Shown one piece after another: positions 29,351 through 37,457 of a DNA stretch of 64,000 nt. The stretch is from Candidatus Yanofskybacteria bacterium CG10_big_fil_rev_8_21_14_0_10_36_16. GTDB taxonomy: Bacteria; Patescibacteriota; Minisyncoccia; 2-02-FULL-40-12; IGHO2-01-FULL-4-A. The notes under the pieces were generated by a model, which was not told the origin of the DNA, ran no database searches, and saw only the letters and a program-made list of their open reading frames with translations. The stretch covers positions 187,064 to 251,063 of the forward strand of contig PCXQ01000004.1 of assembly GCA_002794035.1 (NCBI GenBank), in the 5' to 3' direction. The first letter of the stretch is position 1. Each line of letters begins with the position of its first letter. A program made the position numbers and the translations under genes.

Positions 29351-30874
29351 ATGCCAAAAAAATATACCCCGGGAAAACCCGGTGAATTTCCATTTACACG
29401 AGGAACCCGATCTCTAGGGTATCAAGATCCTAAGAAAAAGTTTTGGACAATGAGAATGTTCTCTGGTTTTGGATCTGCTGAAAACACTAATGAGCGTTTT
29501 AAAAAACTATTATCCGAAGGTGAAACTGGATTGTCAACCGCATTTGATATGCCCACCCTTTTAGGACTTGATTCTGATGATCCTAGGGCCAAATGGGATA
29601 TCGGAAAGGGAGGGGTCGCAGTTTGTACTCTCGAGGATATGGAAGTCCTTTTCAAAGACATACCATTAGACAAAGTTACAACCTCTATGACAATAAATGC
29701 TCCTGCTGCAGTTTTATTGGCAATGTATATTGCTGTTGCAGAAAAAAAAGGGATTTCAAAGAATCAAATTGGAGGAACAATCCAAAATGACATTTTAAAA
29801 GAATATATTGCTCAAAAAGAGTGGATTTTTCCCCCATTACCTTCAGTGCGTTTAATAGTTGATACGATTGAATATTGTTCTGAATTTGTACCACGCTGGA
29901 ACACTGTTTCAATCTCCGGCTACCACATTCGAGAGGCAGGAGCTACAGCAGTACAGGAATTAGCTTTTACTTTGGCAGATGGCATAGCCTATGTCGAAGC
30001 ATGTATAAAAAGAGGCTTGCGAATTGATGATTTTGCGTCCAGACTTTCTTTCTTTTTTGATTTTCACAATAATTTTTTTGAAGAAATAGCAAAATTAAGA
30101 GCCGCCCGATATTTATGGGCACACATTATTAAAGAAAGATTCGGCGCACAAAACACGAGATCGATGATGTGTAGAATGCACGTCCAAACTGCAGGCTGCA
30201 CACTAACTCACCAACAACCCTTGAACAACATCGTCAGAGTAGCAATACAAGCTCTGGGTGCGGTTTTGGGGAATACCCAATCACTACACACAAATTCTTA
30301 TGATGAAGAATTGTGCCTACCCTCCGAGGAAGCTGTCATAATTGCCTTGCGTACTCAGCAAATAATTGCCCACGAAACAGGCATTGCAAATGTTCCTGAT
30401 CCCCTTGGTGGCTCTCCCTACATAGAAGGTCTCACCAAAAAATTGATAGAAGACGCACGAGATTATATAAAAAAAATAGATGACATGGGAGGCATGATAA
30501 AAGCTATTGAAAAAGGTTTTCCTCAAAAAGAGATACGAGACTCGGCTTGGCTTGATAAAAAGTTTCAAGACGATAAAACCAAAATCGTAGTTGGTGCAAA
30601 TAAATTTAATGACACATCAGAAGAAGAAAGTTGTGGAAATTTTGAAATTGATCCTCAAGCTCAAACACGTCAACTAGAAAGACTTAAAGCTTTCAAGGCA
30701 AGAAAAAATTCTAAATTAGTTAAAGAATCTTTATTAGAAATAAAAATTGCGGCTATGGAAAATAAAAACCTGATGCCCTATTTAATTGAAGCTGTAAAAA
30801 ACAACGTTACTCTTGGTGAAATTTGCACCAGTTTAAAAAAGGTATTTGGAGAGTATCAGGAGGTGGCAAATTGA
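29351..30874 (+). CDS. B12-dependent acyl-CoA mutase large subunit (methylmalonyl-/isobutyryl-CoA mutase substrate-binding TIM barrel), lacking a B12 domain
   Basis: FPFTRGTRSLGYQ...FWTMRMFSGFGSAENTNERFKKLLSEGETGLSTAFDMPT matches the MCM/ICM N-terminal barrel. Confidence 0.85.
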   Translation: MPKKYTPGKPGEFPFTRGTRSLGYQDPKKKFWTMRMFSGFGSAENTNERFKKLLSEGETGLSTAFDMPTLLGLDSDDPRAKWDIGKGGVAVCTLEDMEVLFKDIPLDKVTTSMTINAPAAVLLAMYIAVAEKKGISKNQIGGTIQNDILKEYIAQKEWIFPPLPSVRLIVDTIEYCSEFVPRWNTVSISGYHIREAGATAVQELAFTLADGIAYVEACIKRGLRIDDFASRLSFFFDFHNNFFEEIAKLRAARYLWAHIIKERFGAQNTRSMMCRMHVQTAGCTLTHQQPLNNIVRVAIQALGAVLGNTQSLHTNSYDEELCLPSEEAVIIALRTQQIIAHETGIANVPDPLGGSPYIEGLTKKLIEDARDYIKKIDDMGGMIKAIEKGFPQKEIRDSAWLDKKFQDDKTKIVVGANKFNDTSEEESCGNFEIDPQAQTRQLERLKAFKARKNSKLVKESLLEIKIAAMENKNLMPYLIEAVKNNVTLGEICTSLKKVFGEYQEVAN

Positions 30875-31980
30875 CTACAAAAATATTGCTGGTAAAGGGT
30901 GGACTAGATGGTCATGATCGTGGAATTCAAATTGTGACTAAGGCTCTGAGAGATTCTGGTTTTGATGTAATTTATGGTGGCCTTTATTGTTCTCCCGAAG
31001 AAATAGCAGCAATAACCATTCAAGAAAATGTCGATGTGGTTGGAATTTCCACACACAGCGGAAATCATCTGGGTATTTTTTCAGAAACCATAAAAATTTT
31101 AAAAGAAAAAACAAATACCCACTGGCCCATTATTGGCGGAGGAATTATTCCAGCAAACGACATCCCCGCTCTTGAGAAAATGGGTGTAGATAAAATTTAT
31201 TTACCAAGTACTAACATTACAGAAATTGTTGAATTCATAAAGGGGCTGAAGTTAATGAAAAGAAAAAAAGAATCACAACAAAAAACAATTGAAAGAATTT
31301 TAAAAGGAGAAGTTTTTGCGGCAGCGTCTTTAATGTCATTAGTTGAACAAGGCGACAATAACGCAAAGAAAATAATTTCTAAATTACCAGATTTATCCCC
31401 CCAAACTATTGTAGTTGGCATAACTGGCTTCGGCGGCGTTGGAAAAAGTACTTTAATTAACAAACTTATCGAACATTTCAGAAAGGACAGAAAAACTGTT
31501 GGGGTTATAGCATGTGACCCAGTGAGTGTTTCCCGTGGTGCAGTTATGGGAGACAGAATAAGAATGAAAGATCACGCCCAAGATGAGGGTGTTTTTATAA
31601 GAAGTATTGTTCAACGCCAAAATTTCAAAGGAGTAACACCGACAACCCCATCAATTATAAAAATTTTGGGAGCAATGAAAAAAGATATAATAATTGTCGA
31701 AACTGCTGGAGCCGGACAGGAAAATTCAGGATTTAAAGACCTCGTAAAAGTTTTAGTATGGGTTTCTGTTCCCGGACTTGGTGATAAAATCCAAATGCTT
31801 AAGGGTGGAGGTATTGAAACTGCCAATATTATAGTTGTAAACCAATCGGATAAAGCAGCCTCGTATTTGACATTTCAAGATCTTAAAGAACATTTTGAAA
31901 ACACCAAAAAAATATGCAAAACCAATTCTCTGACAGGAGAAGGCATTTCCGAATTAGTCAAAGCAATAAAAGTGGTTTAA
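30871..31980 (+). CDS. Cobalamin-binding domain fused to MeaB/ArgK-type G-protein chaperone (acyl-CoA mutase small subunit-MeaB fusion)
   Basis: KILLVKGGLDGHDRG (DxHxxG B12 motif) then P-loop GITGFGGVGKST. Probable TTG start at 30871 with AGGAGGTG 5 nt upstream, overlapping the upstream TGA (TTGA). Confidence 0.8.
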   Translation: MTTKILLVKGGLDGHDRGIQIVTKALRDSGFDVIYGGLYCSPEEIAAITIQENVDVVGISTHSGNHLGIFSETIKILKEKTNTHWPIIGGGIIPANDIPALEKMGVDKIYLPSTNITEIVEFIKGLKLMKRKKESQQKTIERILKGEVFAAASLMSLVEQGDNNAKKIISKLPDLSPQTIVVGITGFGGVGKSTLINKLIEHFRKDRKTVGVIACDPVSVSRGAVMGDRIRMKDHAQDEGVFIRSIVQRQNFKGVTPTTPSIIKILGAMKKDIIIVETAGAGQENSGFKDLVKVLVWVSVPGLGDKIQMLKGGGIETANIIVVNQSDKAASYLTFQDLKEHFENTKKICKTNSLTGEGISELVKAIKVV

Positions 31981-32081
31981 AAATAAACCGCTTTTTTATT
32001 TAATTTAAACTGTCCAATTCCTAATAAAAACAACAAAATGGACACTCGTACATTTTTAGGTCTTTATTGTTGTACTACAGC

Positions 32082-32140
32082 GGCTCCGGGAAGCAACGTC
32101 TCAGCAGGACAAATAGGACTCCCCGCCTCTGGCAGGACAA
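32082..32140 (-). repeat. Partial direct copy of the tRNA-Asn 3' end (GGCTCCGGGA-GCA..AGCAGGAC), candidate distal att site of a tRNA-Asn island
   Basis: 10/10 match to the tRNA-Asn acceptor/3' region plus a second 8-nt match to the T-stem. Same orientation as tRNA-Asn at 34558..34632. Confidence 0.4.
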
Positions 32141-32234
32141 ACTTCTCATCCTGCCCTCAAAAACTAGTTAAAACAAAAATACAGGGTTAACTCTGTATTT
32201 TTATTTTACAAGTTCTGAACTGCTTGCGATGAGT

Positions 32235-32350
32235 CCGTCGAATGGTTGCCTGTGTCCTAACGTGCAACTAAGCAAGAACGAGGAAGTACTGAGCACAGCA
32301 GTGCGAATGTAGATTCGAGAGAATCATCGAACATATTATGTGTCTAAGTT
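32235..32350 (+). repeat. Imperfect direct repeat copy A (~110 nt)
   Basis: AACGTGCAACTAAGCAAGAACGAGGAAGTACTGAGCACAG...AGTGCGAATGTAGATTCGAGAGAATCATCGAACATATTATGTGTC is ~85% identical to copy B at 33655..33810. Confidence 0.7.
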
Positions 32351-32375
32351 AGAGAAACCAGGTTCCTATAATTTG

Positions 32376-32702
32376 TTATCCAAACACTAAAACCTTATCT
32401 GACTCATCAATCATTTTTACCAAATCGATCATAGTGGTTATAGGACAAACCTTACTTTCGGATTTAGAACGAATTTTAAGACAAGTCTCGCAGGCCACAA
32501 GAACACCTTTTAGGTCTTTGAACTCCTGGATTCTCTTGGAGATATCAAACTGTTCAGTATCAGAAATGTCTTCAACTTCAACTCCTTCATTCATAAGAGA
32601 GATTTTAACCGAATGACCCGCTTTTAATGCGGTAATGGCTAAACGAAATGTATTCCAGATATGTTCTGGATTTTTAGATTGTAAAATAATGCCGATTTTC
32701 AT
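32376..32702 (-). CDS. DsrE/DsrF-like family protein
   Basis: MKIGIILQSKNPEHIWNTFRLAITALKAGHSVKISLMNEGV fits the DsrE/TusD-like fold. 108 aa. Confidence 0.55.
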   Translation of the reverse strand: MKIGIILQSKNPEHIWNTFRLAITALKAGHSVKISLMNEGVEVEDISDTEQFDISKRIQEFKDLKGVLVACETCLKIRSKSESKVCPITTMIDLVKMIDESDKVLVFG

Positions 32703-32704
32703 AA

Positions 32705-32926
32705 TTATTTCCTAGCCCACATCCAAAACCTCTCATGCAGATAATAAACTAGGGTTAATATAATACCAGCAACTACGGAAATTTCTCCCGACTTCTTGAT
32801 TTCCCCGGTATACACATAAACAACCACGCCAGTAATAATCATGGCGAATATTCTCCAACTTACTGCTTTTATTATAGGTCGAACACGATTGTTCCGAACC
32901 ATCGCTCTGATAAAATTTATCGTCAT
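32705..32926 (-). CDS. Small membrane protein (DUF2061-like)
   Basis: 73 aa, 2 TM, basic N-terminus. Confidence 0.35.
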   Translation of the reverse strand: MTINFIRAMVRNNRVRPIIKAVSWRIFAMIITGVVVYVYTGEIKKSGEISVVAGIILTLVYYLHERFWMWARK

Positions 32927-32932
32927 AAGTAT

Positions 32933-33616
32933 CTAACTTAAATCTTTTTTCTTTTCCTCAAATTCTTTTTTATCAATCTCGCCACGGGCATAGCGTTCTT
33001 TTAGAACATCTAGGGCAGATTTGGAACCTCCGTTTCTGCCTTGGCTCATCAACCATTTTACAAGAGCAACTATGCCAGCAATAATCAGAGCCCACCATAA
33101 AAACATAAAAATAAAACCGAGACCCCCGAAACCACCAAAACCAAAATTCATCATATTGTTTGTTGAATTATTATTGCCGAAGGGAGACGACCACCCTCCC
33201 CACATCATATTCATCATGGGCATCCAACCACCGCTTATTGCCGGGAATGCCGCCGAAGTATCACAACCAGAAAGACGCTTGCCCATAACGATATGAATTT
33301 GTTCTTCACCGTCTTCACCGTGTGCCTGAATCATCATAGCGTTCATGGCGACGTGAGATTCACCAGCCATCTGTCCCATAAAATACTCGCCAAGAACTCC
33401 ATACTGCTCATCATTTAGATCGGCACAAACAACCTCTTTTGCCTGAAGTTTATTCCAAAGTTCTTTGCCTTCTTGTTCTTCGCGAGCAGTGTGCTCAACA
33501 ACCTCGTTCCAATCAACAGAAGTATTGGAAAACCCACCCATCATTTGGGCGTTGACTGCAGATGTTATTACTAGAAGGGCACCGAAAATAAATATTGCAA
33601 GTAGTGTGTTTTTCAT
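32933..33616 (-). CDS. Secreted Met/His/Gly-rich protein with C-terminal TM helix and SHOCT domain (possible metal-binding)
   Basis: Signal peptide MKNTLLAIFIFGALLVITSAVNA, the most likely start. The longer ORF to 33703 would run into repeat copy B. Met-rich MPMMNMMWGG / HVAMNAMMIQAH. C-terminus DVLKERYARGEIDKKEFEEKKKDL is a SHOCT motif. Confidence 0.5.
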   Translation of the reverse strand: MKNTLLAIFIFGALLVITSAVNAQMMGGFSNTSVDWNEVVEHTAREEQEGKELWNKLQAKEVVCADLNDEQYGVLGEYFMGQMAGESHVAMNAMMIQAHGEDGEEQIHIVMGKRLSGCDTSAAFPAISGGWMPMMNMMWGGWSSPFGNNNSTNNMMNFGFGGFGGLGFIFMFLWWALIIAGIVALVKWLMSQGRNGGSKSALDVLKERYARGEIDKKEFEEKKKDLS

Positions 33617-33654
33617 AAGATAAATATAGCACACCTTACTCTTTCTAGCCATAT

Positions 33655-33810
33655 TTTTCCGACCGAACGTGCGACTAAGCGAGAGCGAGGAAGTACTGAG
33701 CAAAGTGAGTGAATGAAAGTGAATGAATACTGAGGTTAGCAGGCCGAACGTGCAGTGCGAAGTAGATTAGACAGAATTATTGGACATATTATGTGCCCAA
33801 ATTGGAAAAG
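33655..33810 (+). repeat. Imperfect direct repeat copy B (~155 nt, carries a 47-nt internal insertion/duplication)
   Basis: See copy A. Followed by hairpin AAGTGCG-cagttat-CGCACTT. Confidence 0.7.
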
Positions 33811-33868
33811 CAAAAAACAAAAAAGTGCGCAGTTATCGCACTTGACTGTAGTAAATTATGTTTTCCTG

Positions 33869-34411
33869 TCAGATGTTTGCTTTTCTAAATAACAACCCAG
33901 ATACCGCAAAAATTGCGGCAAAAATAAAATTGACAATAAATACACCAACAACACCTGCATTCCCCCAAGAAACTTCGGGCGAAATAATCAAAGCAACCAC
34001 TGGAACTAAAAACTGGATGAGTGCCACAACAAACAATGTGTATGCCATTCCATGTGACTTAAAGCGTGAAAGCAAAGAGCCGATGAACCCAACAATAGGT
34101 ACTGCCCAATACATCGAGTTGACTGAGTTATCTTCGCTTCCGATAATACCGACAGCACCACTGACCCAACCGAGAAGAAAAACCCCGAAGAACCCCATAA
34201 TAAAAGCGAAGCAGTATAACTTATTGCGGGTCTTTAACCATTGCCATAATTCATAGGCGCCGCCGACAATCAAAAACATAACACCAAAAGCAACAGTTTC
34301 ATTCCATTGAACTTCGTCTGCGAATGGTTGAAACTGTATTGCTAAAAGCATTATCAATATAAGTGCCACAACAACAGCCCACACTCTTTGTCTTTTTGTA
34401 ATATTTTTCAT
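33869..34411 (-). CDS. Multi-TM hypothetical membrane protein
   Basis: About 6 TM helices. Start probably at the internal Met (MKNITKRQRVWAVVVALILIML). Confidence 0.4.
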   Translation of the reverse strand: MKNITKRQRVWAVVVALILIMLLAIQFQPFADEVQWNETVAFGVMFLIVGGAYELWQWLKTRNKLYCFAFIMGFFGVFLLGWVSGAVGIIGSEDNSVNSMYWAVPIVGFIGSLLSRFKSHGMAYTLFVVALIQFLVPVVALIISPEVSWGNAGVVGVFIVNFIFAAIFAVSGLLFRKANI

Positions 34412-34557
34412 AATTCTCCTATTTAAACAGTACTTTGATAATTTAACCACACTTAGGTTCATCAGTCCATCGAGCTCAGCTCGGTCCATGCTTGGGTTCT
34501 TCGACTAAACTCAGGATAAATAAAATAAAACACTAGGAAAATCCTAGTGTTTTATTG

Positions 34558-34632
34558 TGGCTCCGGGAGCAGGACTCGAACCTGCAACCATCTCCTTAAC
34601 AGGGAGCCGCTCTACCATTGAGCTATCCCGGA
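34558..34632 (-). tRNA. tRNA-Asn (anticodon GTT), CCA encoded
   Basis: Minus strand: TCCGGGA-TA-GCTC-AATGGT-AGAGC-G-GCTCC-CTGTTAA-GGAGA-TGGTT-GCAGG-TTCGAGT-CCTGC-TCCCGGA-G-CCA. Confidence 0.85.
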
Positions 34633-34868
34633 ATGTTGTTATCTAGCCATTTTCTACCTTGGCCAGACTTCAAAAAACGTTCTCTCGTTATCGCTTCTTT
34701 TTTAGTATTGAATTCTTCTGAGTGAATTAGTACGAATGGGCCATTTGACCTAGTCCATCTGTTACTACCAGCATTATGCTCCTTTAATCTATTAAAAACA
34801 TTTTTTGAAGTTTGACCAATATATCTCTTATTATTTTTGTTACTTCTCAATACGTAAACATAAAACAT
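34623..34868 (-). CDS. GIY-YIG nuclease family protein (YhbQ/UPF0213-type, Slx1-like)
   Basis: MFYVYVLRSNKNNKRYIGQTSKNVFNRLKEHNAGS matches the YhbQ GIY-YIG pattern. The last codons and stop (TAG) lie inside the tRNA-Asn 5' end. Confidence 0.75.
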   Translation of the reverse strand: MFYVYVLRSNKNNKRYIGQTSKNVFNRLKEHNAGSNRWTRSNGPFVLIHSEEFNTKKEAITRERFLKSGQGRKWLDNNIPG

Positions 34869-34869
34869 A

Positions 34870-35065
34870 AAATTACCATTGTCAGCCAGAGGCTGATCAG
34901 CCTACGGCTGAAGCTATCCCGGAATGAATTGTTAAACATTTATCCGGCCAATGGTAGAGCAGCGAACTGATCCACCATTGAGTCCCGACGTTTTAGTCGG
35001 GATCCTCGATTTTGTAATCCTGCTAAAGCAGGAAACAAATATCGGGACCATCCCGGAATGTTTCC
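34870..35065 (-). repeat. Scrambled tRNA-Asn 5'-end fragments (three copies of CATTCCGGGAT..., an inverted duplicate of the D-arm, and palindromic hairpins)
   Basis: Minus-strand reads CATTCCGGGATGGTCCCGAT, CAATGGTGGA..GCTCTACCATTG, and CATTCCGGGATAGCT-[TCAGCCGTAGGCTGATCAGCCTCTGGCTGA]-CAATGGTA directly upstream of the GIY-YIG ATG. Confidence 0.6.
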
Positions 35066-35167
35066 ATATTTAATTGTACGTCTATTCTAACAAAAATTAC
35101 GATATTTGCAAACCAAATCAATGTTTTTTTAGAAATAAAAAACCTGCAAATGCAGGATTTTTATAGT

Positions 35168-37351
35168 TTAAAACTCTAAAAGCTTACTTAAACCAGAAAC
35201 AATTTTACCAACCGTAGGGAGATAAAGCTCTTCAAGCTCTGGTGAAAATGGTACTGGCGTGTCTTCAGCTGCAATCAATACAACTGGTGCATCCAAATCC
35301 TCAAAAGACTCTTCGCTAATTCTACTCACTATCGTTTGGCCAAAACAACCAGTTTTAGATGCTTCGCATGTTACCAAAACTCTGCTAGTTTTTTTGATTG
35401 ACTCAGAAATGCATTCAAAATCAACAGGAATTAAAGATCTCAAATCTATAATCTCTATTGTCTTGCCTGTTTCGGCTTCCACTCGCTTAACCGCTTCAAT
35501 AGCTCTAAACATCTGAGAGCCATAACTAATAACAGTTGCATCTACCCCCTCTTTTAAAATTCTAGCCCTACCAAAAGGAACAGTATAATCGCCTTCAGGA
35601 ACTGGGGTGTTGAGCTCGGGAGGAATCATGCCGGATTCCGGATTTAAATTATAAATCCCCTTATATTCTACAAAAATTACAGGACTGTCATCTAATATAG
35701 CAGAATTTAGCAAACCCCTTGCATCAAATGATGTTATGGGAGCAACAATCTTAAAACCCGGCGTAGAGGCAAACCATGATTCTGGGTGAGCACTATGAAA
35801 AGAAGATGAGCCCTTGGTCCAGCCAGAAGGCATCCGGAAAACAATTGGCATTGGACCGAAACCTCTAGCAATCTGATTGGCTACAAAATTTACCATAATC
35901 ATAAAAGCAGATGATGAAAAATCAGCAAATTCAAATTCAACAATAGGTCTGAGATTTAAATAAGTAGATCCCACAGCCATTCCAACTATTCCTGATTCAG
36001 CTAAGGGCATATCAATTACACGCCTTTGATAAATTTTGTTAATTTTATAAAAATCTTCTGGCCATTCAATATTATCAAAAATACGAGAAAGTCCTTCTGT
36101 AACCTTAAATGCACCACCACTTAATCCAATGTCTTCTCCTAGAAGAATCACATTGGGGTCTTTTGTCATTCTTGTTATTAATGCTCCCCTGATTGCTTCA
36201 CGGTATGTAATTAAATCTCCATTGTTTGGAGGTAAAACAATTTCATTTTCGTGAACAATCTCAGGCATAAAAATAGACCTCCTGATATCTTTCACTTTTG
36301 GTCCAGAGCATTTTTCAGATCGCGCCAAATCTTCTTTAACAGTTTGTTCTGCCCTTTCTTCAATTTGATCAAGAGTCTTATCATCAACTTGGAATTCATC
36401 GGTAAGACGTTTTAACAAAGCATCAACAGGATCCTTTTTTCTCCACTTCTCTAGCATTTCTTCTGGCACATATTTGTGACTATCAGCAAGTGAATGTCCC
36501 GCCATTCTCATGGTTTTTGCAACAATAATAGAGATGATTTTTTCATTTCTTGCACGATCAAGAGCCCTAGAAACAGTGTTATAAACCATACCAACATTCG
36601 TACCATCAATTAAAAATCCTTCCACATTTCTGCCATAACCCAAAGCCCTGAGAGCTAAAGTTGGAGACCTAAATTCAAAAAAGTTAGGAGTACCAAATGC
36701 CCATTGATTGTTTTCGATTACAACAACCATAGGCAACTCTTTTACAGCTGCAATATTCAATGCTTCATGCACAATACCAATACTAGTTGCTCCATCTCCT
36801 AAAAAAGCCAGTACAGCATCCTCGGAATTGTGAAAATTTATTCCAAAAGCACAACCTGAAGCAATTGGCAACATTATGCCCAAGTGGCTAACAAAAGGAA
36901 TTATTCTTTTTTCAAAATCTCCAAAATGGAGGCTAGCATCCCAACCATGAGTAGGGCCATCTTTTTTTGCACAGATCTGGCACATTATTTCGTAAGGTGT
37001 TAGTCCGCGGACCAAATGAGTGCCTAGGTCCCGAATGGCTGGTGCAAACCAATCTTCTTTTTTGAGTGCATAACCAGCACCAACAGCAGTTGCTTCATTT
37101 CCTAAACTTGAAAGATGCTTGCCCAATGCCTTACCTTTTTTGATCAAAAGTTTAATTTCTCTCTCTGTCTTTCTGGTAAGATGCATATAGTAATACAATT
37201 CTTTATACAGTTCCCTTAAATCACATTGAGATTCAGTAACAACTTGAGATTCTATACCCTCAGCAGATATACGATAAACAACATCGTTTAAATCTTTAAA
37301 AGGATCAATCTTCTCTAATTTTCTATACATTTCTGCAAAATATCTGGGCAT
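35168..37351 (-). CDS. 2-oxoacid dehydrogenase E1 component, fused alpha-beta subunits (TPP-dependent)
   Basis: N-terminal half carries the E1-alpha TPP motif (LGDGATSIGIVHEALNIAAV...ENNQWAFGT). C-terminal half is transketolase-like E1-beta. 727 aa. Confidence 0.8.
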   Translation of the reverse strand: MPRYFAEMYRKLEKIDPFKDLNDVVYRISAEGIESQVVTESQCDLRELYKELYYYMHLTRKTEREIKLLIKKGKALGKHLSSLGNEATAVGAGYALKKEDWFAPAIRDLGTHLVRGLTPYEIMCQICAKKDGPTHGWDASLHFGDFEKRIIPFVSHLGIMLPIASGCAFGINFHNSEDAVLAFLGDGATSIGIVHEALNIAAVKELPMVVVIENNQWAFGTPNFFEFRSPTLALRALGYGRNVEGFLIDGTNVGMVYNTVSRALDRARNEKIISIIVAKTMRMAGHSLADSHKYVPEEMLEKWRKKDPVDALLKRLTDEFQVDDKTLDQIEERAEQTVKEDLARSEKCSGPKVKDIRRSIFMPEIVHENEIVLPPNNGDLITYREAIRGALITRMTKDPNVILLGEDIGLSGGAFKVTEGLSRIFDNIEWPEDFYKINKIYQRRVIDMPLAESGIVGMAVGSTYLNLRPIVEFEFADFSSSAFMIMVNFVANQIARGFGPMPIVFRMPSGWTKGSSSFHSAHPESWFASTPGFKIVAPITSFDARGLLNSAILDDSPVIFVEYKGIYNLNPESGMIPPELNTPVPEGDYTVPFGRARILKEGVDATVISYGSQMFRAIEAVKRVEAETGKTIEIIDLRSLIPVDFECISESIKKTSRVLVTCEASKTGCFGQTIVSRISEESFEDLDAPVVLIAAEDTPVPFSPELEELYLPTVGKIVSGLSKLLEF

Positions 37352-37457
37352 TTTTAACCTCCCTCAGAAGATAAACTGGTTCAAATTTACCCCATCTTAT
37401 CAAAAAAGTAAATATGTAATTACTAAGCACAGCCACTAAGCTTCCGGGCAAAAAATA

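Noticed and set aside
29022-29393. ORFs 29022..29393 (-) and 29029..29286 (+) in the GC-rich segment
   Set aside because: Overlapping antisense ORFs with GC-driven Arg/Pro/Ala-rich composition and no RBS. The region is better explained as non-coding structured RNA. The minus ORF would also overlap the mutase start.
30823-30870. ATG at 30823 as the start of the B12-MeaB gene
   Set aside because: It would overlap the upstream mutase gene by 52 nt in another frame. TTG at 30871 has a perfect AGGAGGTG SD and yields the canonical B12-domain N-terminus (TKILLVKGGLDGHDRG).
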